A DNA stretch of 64,000 nt from contig NC_058368.1 in assembly GCF_018350175.1 (NCBI RefSeq), forward strand, positions 216,382,001-216,446,000, written 5' to 3'. Origin of the DNA: Felis catus. Its lineage: Eukaryota. Shown piece after piece: positions 51,723-64,000 of this stretch. The translations under genes and the position numbers were made by a program. The notes beneath the pieces were generated by a model, which worked only from the letters and a program-made list of their open reading frames with translations, did no database searches and was not told the origin of the DNA. Positions within the stretch are counted from its first letter, which is position 1. Every line of letters starts with the position of its first letter.

Positions 51723-52584
51723 ACAGTAATGTTTTCCCAGTTTATGATTCCCATAAATCATTCCATCTTTCCAAGACGTGGAGGAGCAAAGAGTCTGAGT
51801 GAATACCAAGAAAAAAGAGAAAAAAGAGAATTCCCTACACTATTAAGGAAACATCAGAAACGGAGAGGAGATAGATGTTTTTCCCTTCTGTGTGCACGCG
51901 GAGTGAAGTGTCTTCATAAGGCAAGCAGTGCACGTGATCCGTTGCCTGGGTGCTCCTAAAAAGCCCTAGGCCCTATGTAGTTTTGCAAAATGTGATGCAG
52001 AGTATCAGCTGCTCATGAAAGTATCCAATTCATAGACCCAAGAGACAGGGCTGCTACGAATGTGTCCATTCATGCCTATGTCTACAACACCACTTTATCC
52101 CAGCTACAGTTTGAGCCAATTCACTTGGCCTTTCCTCAGATTGGTAGGATATCCCAGACACCCCAGTGCACTGGATCCAGAGATGAATGTAGCTTTGCTA
52201 AGTTCAAGTGACAAATAATACTCTAAGTACATTTCTATACTATAAGTACGTAAACAAGGTAAAGGCCTGGGCTTCTCTTCCTTCCTCATGGACAGCATTC
52301 TCGTTTTGAGGCATACGATGTTCGAGGTTCTGGAGAACAAACTGAAAAAGGCAAACTCCTTGCTGTTGGAAGTCTTATTTTAGTGAATGAGAAAGAAACT
52401 TAAAGTACAACTGTTAGTGCCAAGGGGTAAGGAGAAAAATAACCAGGAAAGGAAAATACCAGAGTGAGCTGCAATTTAAAATATTTTGGGTAGACTCGGC
52501 TGTGCACATATCCAGGAAAGAATTTTCTAGGCAGTGGAAACAACCAGTTGGAAGAGCAATGGCAACTGTTTCTTGATTGTCTAA

Positions 52585-52865
52585 CAGTGTTTCTTAGCCT
52601 TTTATTTATTTATTTATTTGTTTGTTTGTTTGTTTGTTTGTTTTCATGAGCACCCTGCTATGGGGCCCTTTTAATTATTTTTTTTTTCCTAACAACCACC
52701 CCAAGGAAATGTTCAAGCCACATACACACCATAAGTCTGTTTATGTACCATCTGTAAATCTGTGATTTATATTTTTAAAAAGTATTATTTTTGTCAACAC
52801 ACCCCACATCAAGAACCAACTTATGCCTCCTTAGGAACATTATCACTGCTCTTGAGAATGCACTG
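52585..52865. mobile_element. hAT-Charlie-type MITE
   Basis: Imperfect terminal inverted repeats cagtgtttcttag ... cttgagaatgcactg. Confidence 0.5.
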
Positions 52866-53301
52866 GCAGGGACACAAGGGAAACAGGCGATCTGGGGGTG
52901 GAGAGAGAAGGAAGGAGATTACAGAATAAAGTAAATGAGGTAAAACAGGGCCATGTCTGGCTCTGCACCTGACTGCAAGGATATCGTATTTTACATTCAG
53001 TGAAACAAATGTACTCAGTGTTTGAAAAGGATATGAAAAAGCCACGTGAACAGCCCCACCCAAAATGGCACATCTTCTGTCTGCCTTACGTTATCTCAAG
53101 TGACACCTTGTGATCACCCTAAAAATACTTAAGACAACATATTCAAAAAAGTTTCACATGAGTCAAACCAGATTAATTTCCTATGTGAAAGCTGGCATGT
53201 TTAAGGGGGGTTAGGATCATCATCAAAATCTGACAATTTCTTGAAGAGGTTCAGCTGAGTTACCTGTTACTGTTGTACTGCTCTTTTTTGGTTATTGTTG
53301 T

Positions 53302-53475
53302 TTAATTTTTTTTAATATTTATTTATTTTTGAGAGAGGGAGACACAGAATCCAAGGCGGGCTCCAGGCTCTGTGCTGTCAGCACAGAGCTGGATGTGGGG
53401 CTCGAACTCACAAATGTTGACTTCACACCTGAGCTGAAATTGGACACTTAACTGACTGAGCCACCCAGGCTCCCC
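53302..53475 (-). mobile_element. CAN-SINE
   Basis: SINE body ending ccacccaggctcccc. Confidence 0.9.
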
Positions 53476-54227
53476 AGCCTTTGCTGTTTAGATTTAAATT
53501 TTAAATATAACCTGTAGAGATCATGCACACTTAAAATCAAGTGCTAATCTAGGGACAAGTTGGAGAAGGATTATTTTAACTTATTTACCACAGACATGCA
53601 AACTTATTTCTTCCTTTAGAAAATTATTATTATCAAACTCCTACTATGAAGGGGATTTTTATTAATGCACAAGCCATCCATAATAAGGCTTTAGCAACAA
53701 TCCACATCGGTGTTTCTAAACTGTCACATTTGTTATCAGTATCATAAGGGTGATTTAAATAATAGATCCCCCCCCCCATCTCAGACCTATGATCAGAATC
53801 TTTCAGGTGTGTTCAGGGAAACTTTAACAATTATAATTAATTATATTATGACCCTAAGTATGATTATCAGTGTTCTAAGTGAGGAAATAGGAGAACATGA
53901 GCTCACGTCTGGGAAGGAAAACATTTAGAGATTGTAGAGGATTAGGTCCTTATATTTAGGGTTTGATTGGATCTATGAATGATGAAAAAGAATTGAACAT
54001 CAGATAATTATCAAGTTCTGGACTAAGTAGTAATAATTACAAATGTAATAAGTACAGCAGGAAGTTGAAGCAATATGAAGGAAGATAATTGATTCTTTTT
54101 TATTCAAGTTGAATGTTTATTCAAGTTGACTGGTATAAAAAAAATGAAATCTTTATGTCTTAATAGAGTAAAATAGTTATTCCTAGTTCAATAACAGTAC
54201 AGTGTTCAGTGGGTACCATTCTACCTA

Positions 54228-54342
54228 AAGATGACCAACCTTCCTGATTTGTGCAGAACTGAAAAGATTCCCAGAATTCAAGAGTTTCATTTCTAAAACC
54301 GGGAAGGTCATAGACAAACTGGGACACCTTGTGGTCACCCTT
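54228..54342. mobile_element. MER81-like hAT-Blackjack MITE
   Basis: agatgaccaacc...ctaaaaccgggaaggtc...caaactgggaca...tggtcaccct matches the recalled MER81 layout. Confidence 0.7.
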
Positions 54343-55960
54343 ATTCTGCTGGAGTATTCTGAAACTAGGGTTTCTTTCTTCGAATCCACCATTTTGTTGT
54401 TGTTGTTGTTGTTCCTATTTGTGAGTCTTCGTATGGAAACTCTATGGTTGATACACTGGTAAACAAATACAGAAAGCTCAGAGTAGTGTGAAAGAGGTAG
54501 TCCTGAAAGTCACACGCATCATATGTTCCTACATTCTATTTATCAGAATTCAGCCGCAGTGCTATAAGTTGGAACCAAGGTTGCTGGGATACATATTCTA
54601 AGGAAGTGAACTAATTCAAGAGACTAACATGTAGATTAATGAGCTAAAAAGGATGAAAGCAAAAAAAAAAATCCTGGTTTATTTAGATATGATGAGGCCA
54701 TTAATGATTTAAGAAAAGCACTTCATTCACATGGAAAACATAGAAGCCAGGATACAATTTTGGAAACAAAAAATTAGAAGGTTAAGAAGCAGAAGTAGCA
54801 GCTACAGGCCATTCTTTCTAGCAAATTTGTATGGCCTAGAAAGAGGCATGTACCATAAGATTGAGCGAAGAACAAGGTCCAAGTGAATGTTGGCAGGAGT
54901 TTGGTGTATATGTGCTACTACTCTGAGGTAACCAGTAGAAGTGAGACAAATGAAGACACATGAAACATAGGATGATGGATGGGGCAAGTTCCCAAAGGAT
55001 ACTGAAAGTGATGGTATTTTGAGCAAATGTCAACAAATTCATCTTAGAGAAGAAAAGAGAAACATCCATCTAGACAATGGGAACCAGCAAGAATATTTGT
55101 AGACTCAATTTGGAGGGAAAGCACCACATAGCACTTCAATTGTCAACACCGAGTGCAAGTTATTCAGGTTGCACCATTTTTTTTCTATGGCAAATACATG
55201 ATGTGAAATAAAATATTTAGAAGATTTATAGAAGATCTGAGAGTTTATCATAAACTACTATTAAAAGTATTTCTGATCTTGATTCCTTCGTAATTACTTG
55301 ACTCAGAACGATATTTATAATATGTTAGATTTCTTGGTTGTGTTGAAAACTTAGGTCAATATGTATCTAATATCTCTCTCTATATATATAACATATATAT
55401 AACACATATATGTAATTAACATATATACAGAAAAAGATAATAATGACTTATAAAGATAAATAATCTTACAAGTTGTTTTATTTTACAGAGGACAAATATT
55501 GAAAAAAGTGTTCCTATAAACTAAGGAAAGAGAGTTTTAGTAATGAATTAGCACCTAAAATTTTGGTAGAATGATTATCTTAATATGTACTTGATGTAAG
55601 AAATGTTCCATGTCAGTACTGAAAGCAATGAAGTATTACTTGTACTCCATCATCAGTGAAGAAGTAGTCAGTAGCAGTAGGATAAATGCTGGCACATCAG
55701 CTGGAAATGTGGGGTTTGTAAACAAGCATTCTCAATGGAATGTTCCTATTCAAACCAGCCTCTCCACAACACAACTCAATAATGAAAAGTTTACTAATGC
55801 TGAATAGGCACTGATAGGTTGACCTCCATATGAGTGGATCTACACATGTGAAGTATTTTGCTAAAAGCAGGTTCATAATTGAACTTCAGTTCACAGATGA
55901 CTGATGTAAAGTCTGACTTTAACTTTATGAATACATGTATACAACCTAAACACATATTTT

Positions 55961-57775
55961 ATTTTTATTTTTATTTTTTACAGATACATTATAGTTTATT
56001 TTTATTTTTATTTTTTTAATTAAATATAGTTTATTGTCAAATGCAATAAACTATATTTAATTAAAAAAATTAATTGGTTTCCATACAACACCCAGTGCTC
56101 ATCCCAACAGGTGCCCTCCTCAATGCCCATCACCCACTTTCCCCTCTCCCTCACCCCCCATCAACCCTTAGTTTGTTCTCAGTATTTTAAGAGTCTCTTA
56201 TGGTTTGCTTCCTTCTCTCTGTGTAACTTTATTTTCCCCCTTCCCCTCCCCCATGGTCTTCTGTTAAGTTTCTCAGGATCCACATATGAGTAAAAACATA
56301 TGGTATCTGTGCTTCTCTGTATGACTTATTTCACTTAGCATTACACCCTCCAGTTCCATCCATGTTGCTACAAATAGCCAGATTTCTTTCTTTCTCATTG
56401 CCAAGTAGTGCTTCATTGTATATATAAATCACATCTTCTTTATCCATCCATCAGTTGATGGACATTTAGGCTCTTTCCATAATTTGGCTATTGTTGAGAG
56501 TGCTGCTATAAACATTGGGGTACAAGTGCCCCTATGCATCAGTACTCTTATATCCCTTGGGTAAATTCCTAGCAGTGCTATTGCTGGGTCAGAGGGTAGA
56601 TCTATTTTTAATTTTTTGAGGAACCTCCACACTGTTTTCCAGAGTGGCTGCACCAGTTTGCATTCCCACCAACAGTGCAAGAAGGTTTCCATTTCTCCAT
56701 ATCCTCTCCAGTGTCTATAGTCTCCTGATTTGTTCATTTTAGCCACTCTGACTGGCATGAGGTGATATCTCAGTGTGGTTTTGATTTGTATTTCCCTGAT
56801 AAGGAGCGACGCTGAACATCTTTTCATGTGCCTGTTGGCCATCCGGATGTCTTCTTTAGAGAAGTGTCTATTCATGTTTTCTGCCCATTTCTTCACTGGG
56901 TTATTTGTTTTTCGGGTGTGGAGTTTGGTGAGCTCTTTATAGATTTTGGATACTAGCCCTTTGTCCGATATGTCATTTGCGAATATCTTTTCCCAATCTG
57001 TTGGTTGCCTTTTAGTTTTGTTGGTTGTTTCCTTTGCTGTGCAGAAGCTTTTTATCTTCATGAGATCCCAATAGTTCATTTTTGCTATAAATTCCCTTGC
57101 CTTTGGGGATGTGTCATGTAAGAAATTGCTGTGGCTGAGATCAGAGAGGTTTTACCCTGCTTTCTCCTCTAGGGTTTTGATGGTTTCCTGTCTCACATTC
57201 AGGTCCTTTATCCATTTTGAGTTTATTTTTGTGAATGGTGTGAGAAAGTGGTCTAGTTTCAACCTTCTGCATGTTGCTGTCCAGTTCTCCCACCACTATT
57301 TGTTAAAGAGACTGTCCTTTTTCCATTGACTGTTCTTTCCTGCTTTGTCAAAGATTAGTTGGCCATACTTTTGTGGGTCTAGTTCTGGGGTTTCTATCCT
57401 ATTCCATTGGTCTATGTGTCTGTTTTTGTGCCAATACCATGCTGTCTTGATGATTACAGCTTTGTATTAGAGGCTAAAGTCTGGGATTGTGATGCCTCCT
57501 GCTTTGGTCTTCTTCTTCAATATTACTTTGGCTATTCGGGCTCTTTTGTGGTGCCATACAAATTTGAGGATTGCTTGTTCTGGCTTTGAGAAGAATGCTG
57601 ATGCAATTTTGATTGGGATTACATTGAATGTGTAGATTGCTTTGGGTAGTATTAACATTTTAACAATATTTATTCTTCCAATCCATGAGCATCGAATTTT
57701 TTTTCCATTTCTTTGTATCTTATTCAATATCCTTCATAAGCTTTCTACAGTTTTCAGCATACAGATCTTTTACAT
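55961..57775 (-). mobile_element. 5'-truncated felid L1 (ORF2 3' part and 3'UTR), about 1.8 kb
   Basis: Tracked ORFs 56429..57079 and 57467..57727 are the ORF2 C-terminus. Candidate TSD taaacacat(a/g)tttt at 55947-55960 and 57793-57806; alternative acatattt at 55952-55959 and 57772-57779. Confidence 0.96.
56010..56070. repeat. Perfect 27-bp inverted repeat with 7-nt spacer
   Basis: atttttttaattaaatatagtttattg (56010-56036) is the exact reverse complement of 56044-56070. Confidence 0.95.
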
Positions 57776-58069
57776 ATTTAAATTTTTTAATATAAACACA
57801 TGTTTTAAATAAATATGCATTACTATATATTAAAGGAATAAAATGCTTGTCACCTGTGTACCCTGAATATTCAGTGCAATGTAAAATAGTTAATTAACAA
57901 TTGTTAGACTGACTGATCCACTAACTGACAATGGATGGATACAAAGGTACACTGACACGTGTATGGATGCATGCACAGATGGACGATGGGATTGTTTTGA
58001 GTATCATTCCCACTTTATTAAGTAGTCTTAATTCATTACCCAATGCTGAGTTAACACCTGCTATTTTTT

Positions 58070-58589
58070 TTAAATTTTTTATTTAAATTCCAGTTAGTTA
58101 ACATATAGTGTAATATTAAGTTTCAGGTGTACAATATAGTGATTCAACAGTTCCATACAACACTCAGTGTTCATCACAAGTCCACCCCTTAATCCCTATC
58201 ACCTATTTCACCCAACCCCCTACCCACTGCCCCTCTGTTAAACATGAGTTTGTTCTATATGTAGCTAAGAATCTATTTCTTGATTTGCCTCTCTCTCCAC
58301 CTGCCCACTCCCCACTTTGCTCATTTGTTTTGTTTCTTAAATTCTTCATATGAGTGAAATCATATGGTATTTGTCTTTCTCTGAGTGACTTATTGCTCTG
58401 AGCATTATGCTCTCTATCTCCATCTATGTCATTGCAAATGGCAAGATTCTATTCTTTTTGATGGCAGAGTAATATTCCATATATATATATATATCACATC
58501 TTCTTTATTCCTTCATCAGGTGATGGACACCTGAGTTGTTTCCATAATTTGGTTACTGTAGTAATGCTGCTGTAAATATCGGGGTGCAT
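58070..58589 (-). mobile_element. Older carnivore L1 3' end, 5'-truncated
   Basis: L1 3'UTR motifs. TSD gttaacacctgc(t/c)attttt starting at 58050 and at 58590. Confidence 0.92.
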
Positions 58590-59768
58590 GTTAACACCTG
58601 CCATTTTTTAAAGTGACCTACCTACACAGTCTTCTGTTGATGTTGCAGATTCAAGTGGGAGAATTCCCAGAATAGTTTTCCTCATATATTTTGTTTCAAT
58701 GTTGTCCACTTTAGTAAATCAGGGCCCAGATTACCAGTGTTATTACTAGAGTTTTTCAATCTTCTCCACCATACTGTAAATATTCATATTTTTTCTTTTC
58801 TCTCTTCTTAATTTCTCCTTCTATGATATTGCTGTAAAAGTCATGATTTTGTGGCTCTTTACACCAGTCTTACTTTTTCCTGTCCTTGGCACGTTCCTTG
58901 AATGTGCTAAACTATGCTGCTACAGTTCCTAATTTTGTGCTTCTCTTTTTTGTGATCTGTTGTTTTAAGCTTTCCCCATAGTTTCTGGCCTCCCTCTGAA
59001 AACAAAAACAAAAACAAAAACAAAAACACAAAAAACACTTTTTGTTCCATGCTCTTTGCTACGGTACTTTTGTCTCAAGTTTGGGGTATTTTTAAAGTAC
59101 GAATGAAAAAAACCTGTGACTTACATGGGAAATTGGTTATTTTCCAGGGAAGACATCCGCCCAATACAACCAAATAGCACTTCTCTTTGGTTTTCTCAAT
59201 TTGTTCACTTAAATGGTACCATCAAAGTAAATCCTGGACATCTCAGCAGTCTGAAACTTGCAGTAGTTCATCTAGTGAAAGTAATCCCGGATTCCCGTGC
59301 GTATGCCCATATGAGCTGTTCTCACCATTAACATTTAATTAAAATTTGGTTACTTTGAATATGAATTTGTTTTTTTTTCAAGTTGAGTTCCTTAAGAAAT
59401 GAAGTGAAAATACATGCATGACCAATTTTATCTGTGTTGGGTAAGGGTAACACATACCATATTATATATATATTTTTCCATTTCTTCATTTGTCTATTAT
59501 AATCAAATAAAGTAATGATATTTCTCTCATTAAAATCATCAGTTCTATGAAATATCATTTTAATGGACATATTCTGACATTAATAAGAGAATGATATTTA
59601 GTTTTGAATTGATGAAAGTGTAAATTCTATTTATTAGTAATAACTAAATGTATAAAGGGATTTCTTTGTGCGGGGCACTGTTCTAATAAATTTGTGATGT
59701 TTGTATCACATAATCATGGTATTTTACCTAAAAGTTTAAAAAGTCTTTACTATCACCGTCATACAGAT

Positions 59769-59801
<33 letters not shown>

Positions 59802-60977
59802 TAACGGTGCCTTAGATGGGAGAAAAACTACCTGCTCAAGGTCCTCTCACTATTAAAGGTCAAGCAAGGAAGAGAACTCCAAGACCCCATCTTCAGGACA
59901 CTCAGTTTTAAGTCTGTATTAAACATAAGTTCTCTTGCTTAAGGGCCATAAAAAGGCAAAAAAAAAAAATTAAACATTATATTTGCCTGACTAACTTTGA
60001 TAGAGAATGTAATACACGTAGTTCGGTCAGAAATCCGCAAAAGGTTTAGATTGTATTGCTTGAATGACGGCTTCGTTGATAATTAGTAGGCAGATGACTG
60101 AGAGGCACATGGAAAGTGTGTTAAAAAATCTACCACACTTTGTGAACAGAATCTTCAACTTGCCAGGAACTCAGTACATTTATTATGTTGCTGCAAAGAC
60201 GGAGGAGAGTACATAAATTATTCAGGGTGGGAAGAGACATTAATTTTTTTTGCAATGCAAAAGAGATGATTCACAGAATAGAGGTGATCAGAATTTATTA
60301 ATGTATTTCTCCATTTAAAGTGAATAATTTATTTCATCCTCCCTGGATAAAGCACAGGCGTTCAAATAAAACTAACAGTTAACAAATTTAGCTTTATTTC
60401 CTAAATGTTTAAAAATAGAAACTTTGATGATCTGTGTTTCAATGAATAATTTGCTAATTGAAAGAATATTCAGATTAAATGATTTTTTTTTACAAATTTT
60501 TTGTTAGTAATGAGTAAACCAGTGAACAACTGATATGTTCGGATGGATATTCTTTCATTGTGGATTCTTTCACATATATTTATGAATATAATAAAATCAG
60601 TTTTGCTTTATTTACTTCACCTGCTTCCTTTTCAATCTATTTTTTCAGTATGTTTCTTACTAGAGTGTAAGGATAAATGTTTTCAGTGCCCTTAAAAAGA
60701 AAGAATTCCTGTGCAGTTAGGGAATCTTCACTGAGCCATCAGAAAATGTTAATCAGGTACCTACTATGTGCCATGAACTATTTTATTTGCTGAGGTTTTG
60801 GCAGTGGACAAGAATCCATCTGTGAAGATAGATAAGCACAACTAAAACATAAAAATGTAAATAATCACTCAAGCTTCTGATAGTTATATGTGTTGATCAG
60901 AGAATTAAACAAAATGATGGGATAGTAAATGTGCAACAGTCCTTTCTAAGAAAAGGCTATTTAGAGCTGGGGATTCT

Positions 60978-61204
60978 TTTTATTGATTGATTGATTGATT
61001 GCTAATTTTTTTTTTAGCGTTGTTTATTTATTTTGAGAGAAAGAGCTCAAACAAGAGAAGGACAGAGAGAGGGAGAGAATCCCAGGGAGACTCTACGCTG
61101 TCAACACAGAGCCTAGTGCAGGGCTGGAACTCAGGATCTGTGAGATCATGACCTGAACTGAAATCAAGTCAGACACTTAACTGACTTAGCCACCCAGGCA
61201 CCCC
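60978..61204 (-). mobile_element. Older CAN-SINE with (TTGA)n in the tail
   Basis: SINE body with flanking tggggattctt duplicates. Confidence 0.9.
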
Positions 61205-61214
61205 TGCAGGTGGG

Positions 61215-61615
61215 GATTCTTAAATCTTAGCTGGACTGTGACTTGTTTTAACCAATGGAAAGTACTGGAACCAATAGTGTGGTAGTTCTGGGCCTTTGCT
61301 CAAGACCCTTGTGTTCCTTCCACTCTCTCTGGGAATTCTGCCTCCGAGACATAAATGGGAAGTATGGGAGAGCCTGGTGGAAGATAAGAAGCAACACGGA
61401 CGAGGCAAGTAGCCCTAGTGGACCCAGACAAGGTCAACCCAGATTGAGTGACAACCAGCTGACCTACAGGTATATAAGAAAGTCCAGTCTACATCAGTTG
61501 AACCACCTGTCTGACTTGGGGTTAAGTGGAAACATGAATGTGCCTAGTTAGGATCAGGAGACCTACCCAACTCACCCATAGCCTTGTGAGCAATCATGAG
61601 GGCTTAATGCGTAAG
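61215..61615 (+). mobile_element. MLT1 LTR fragment
   Basis: gctggactgtgacttgttttaaccaat...ttctgggcct...caaccagctgacctacag...tgtgagcaat. Confidence 0.6.
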
Positions 61616-62670
61616 TCCCCGTATGTGCATGCCCGTGTCCAAACATACACCTGCAAACGTATGTTCATACATCTTGGAATCCTTGCTATATGCAGGCTCT
61701 GCCTCCCTGACACACACTGCCTGATAGAGGGAGGCCATTGGAAGCTGCGATTTAGATGAACGTAGCACTTACCTCCGCTCCAAATACACGTGAGACAGCA
61801 AAATCTCAGTCCGCCACCATGCCAAGTGTCTCTGTAGGTCATAAATCCAGGTACTGTGTAGCTGAGGAGCTCTTCGCAAGTGCTGTTTGAGAGATTACCT
61901 TTTAGAAAGATGAAAGATTTGGGCCAGAATGCACCTGACCCTTTAGCAATTCAGGGGCCTGCCATGCTATGATAAATCGGCTCTTGTCCTTCCCGTGAAT
62001 TCTCCAGCTTCAGCAGTTCTTGCCGTTTAGTGCTGCTGGAAGAGCTCCTGGGATACACATTGTGGATACTGTGGTGGTTTATTTCTCCTAACCATTTCCA
62101 AAATGAGAACTCTTCCCAGGGCACATCTTCTCCTGAAACTTGAGGATCACACTATTAGCACAAACACTGAATCCCAGGAGTGTATCTGTGTATATGGGTG
62201 TTACACATGCTATAACCAATCAGCTATATTCTGAAGTGCTTACATGTATTGGGAAATGAGAAATGCCACCATGCCCTCATCTCATCTCCCCCCACCCCGT
62301 TTAATTATATTTTCAGCTGCAACATAACCCTATCTTTTAGGATAGATAATATCAGAGTTTGAATCCTAATTAATAGCTTATGTCTTCACCAATAAAATTG
62401 CACCTGTAACTTTTTGGCTCCCTGGATTCACAGAATTTTCTCCTTGCATAATATTGTATCTAGTATGAGTTTTTCCTGTTGGCATTACCTCTTGAAGCCT
62501 CATTTGTATCATGTAAACAAGTTGACTAGCCCCTATATCATTGTGTGATCACGATAAATTTGCCTCCCATTTTGGCTATTCATATCAGGATATTCTATTA
62601 CACTATTAGGTCATACAAAGAGTAGTTGATGTTTTTGTTTTTGTTTTTATTTTTCATATTAATGGAGAGC

Positions 62671-62935
62671 TGTGAAGGATCTGATGTTACTTTACTTGCA
62701 AGCTAGCTCATTATTCTGTCTCTCATTCATGGATGCTGGCAGAAGTCATAATACTCCCGGGTCAGAGCCAAAAGACTTTATTATTTATGGCAAGAGCAGT
62801 AGTGACAGTACTAGTATTTTCTCATGCCAGTTCCCAAGCCCAACTCCCACAGGAAGATGTGAAGAGAGACAGGTGACAGGTGACATGAACACATTGAGTG
62901 GGTTTTGTAACAGGAATGCAGAGACTGCAAAGCTT
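62671..62935. mobile_element. ERV-type LTR fragment
   Basis: tgtgaaggatctg...tacttgcaagcta...catggatgctggcagaag...gggtcagag..aaagactttatt. Confidence 0.55.
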
Positions 62936-63146
62936 GATTCAGGCTTCTCTAAAAATGCAGCTGTTATTGCCTTGGTTCACAAGAAATGCAAAAAGGCAAG
63001 AGCCCCATGGAATCAGCCAGTGACACGGAATTGCAGGTTTGGGAATAGGTTTGCAAGTGCAGATGACTGAGCTACTTCTACAAGTGAAAATTGGATTTTG
63101 TGAGAAAAATAAAAGGGAAACAGAATCAAAGAAAGCAATGGTCTTG

Positions 63147-63367
63147 TTTTTTTATTTATTTTATTTTTTTTTTCATGTTTATTTTTGAGAGAGAGAGACA
63201 GAGCATAAGTCGGGAGGGGCAGAGAGAGACACACAGAATCCGAAGCAGGCTCTAGGCTCCGAGCTGTCAGCACAGAGCCTGACACGGGGCTCCAACTTGT
63301 GAACCGCAAGACTATGACCTGAACCGAAGTTGGACACTTAACCAACTGAGCCACCCGGGCACCCCCC
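63147..63367 (-). mobile_element. CAN-SINE
   Basis: SINE body with flanking caa(t/g)ggtcttgt duplicates. Confidence 0.93.
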
Positions 63368-64000
63368 AAAACAAGGGTCTTGTATTGAAAGGAGCAAACT
63401 ATGGATCGCTGAAGACAATGAATTATATTACTATATGTACATTCAAGTTCAAGAGAGCAACTGAAAAATAAAACCATATTCACATAATTGAAAGCTTAGA
63501 ATGGGATTGCTACATCCTCATCTGAGGGTATAATTACTATTTTGATTCATATTTTTCTGATTCTGAATAAAGGTGATTGTAATTCTTTCTGGAAACCATG
63601 TCCATAGACATACGGAGTGTGATGCTAAATCTGGGTGTTCATGTCAGAACTACACTGAACTAGGACCAGTTAGGGTTGAAACAGAACACCATGCATGTGC
63701 CGCTGATGACCAATCTCTTTCTTCAGCTCCAACTTATCTGATTCAGCCTCTACTGTGTTTAATATTTCTCCCTAAAATTGAACTCATCATTGAATTTTCC
63801 TTCCACACATACTCTTCCTCTATTATTTCAATATTAGAAAGGAAACATGCAAATTAGGAAGCACATTCACCTAGTTTCTCAGGCCACATACGGCGACCGG
63901 AGACTTGCTCACTCCTCCTTGTACATCGCACAGATCCAATCATTTACTTCTCATAACTCTGGAATCTATCCATCTCTCTGCATTTTCACTGCCACCCACC

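Noticed and set aside
54099..54129. Short tandem duplication tttattcaagttga x2 (similar ones near 7375, 9580, 13125, 32115 and 36855)
   Set aside because: These are ordinary slippage duplications with no spacer-array structure.
220..55490. Isolated splice-like motifs (acceptors near 234, 39271, 49483 and 55488; donors near 1482 and 7680)
   Set aside because: They do not pair into open-frame exons with recognisable protein sequence, and such motifs are frequent in AT-rich DNA.
1540..63483. Many 60-156 aa ORFs sharing motifs such as SSSPASGS..AQSLEP.SDSVSPSLS
   Set aside because: They are translations of CAN-SINE bodies, not a gene family.
1..64000. CRISPR arrays, operons, defence systems, rRNA/tRNA genes, mitochondrial insertions
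   Set aside because: None were seen. The DNA is felid nuclear sequence, and the tRNA-like A/B boxes all belong to SINE heads.

Overview
This is AT-rich mammalian nuclear DNA from a felid (cat family), identified by 26 tRNA-derived CAN-SINEs, several of them the young SINEC_Fc type, and by carnivore LINE-1s. I recognise no host protein-coding exon, RNA gene or prokaryotic feature, so the window reads as a gene desert or a very long intron. The main element is a 5.4 kb plus-strand L1 (16618-22034) with a 14-bp TSD, an intact ORF1 and a disabled ORF2. The rest consists of truncated L1s, MaLR/ERV solo LTRs, L2, MIR, hAT MITEs and microsatellites. Four observations stand out. (1) The L1 5'UTR appears to lack its CpG-rich core exactly at a GT-AG junction, which would make it a feline spliced integrated retroelement (SpIRE). 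(2) Two perfect 26-27 bp fold-back inverted duplications lie at L1 ends. (3) A recursive-splice-like CAG|GTAAGT site and a 136-nt cryptic exon are bracketed by inverted SINEs. (4) There is a compact NF-Y/CRE promoter-like module with a splice donor. Repeat family names come from recalled consensus sequences, not from a database search, and boundaries of old repeats are approximate.
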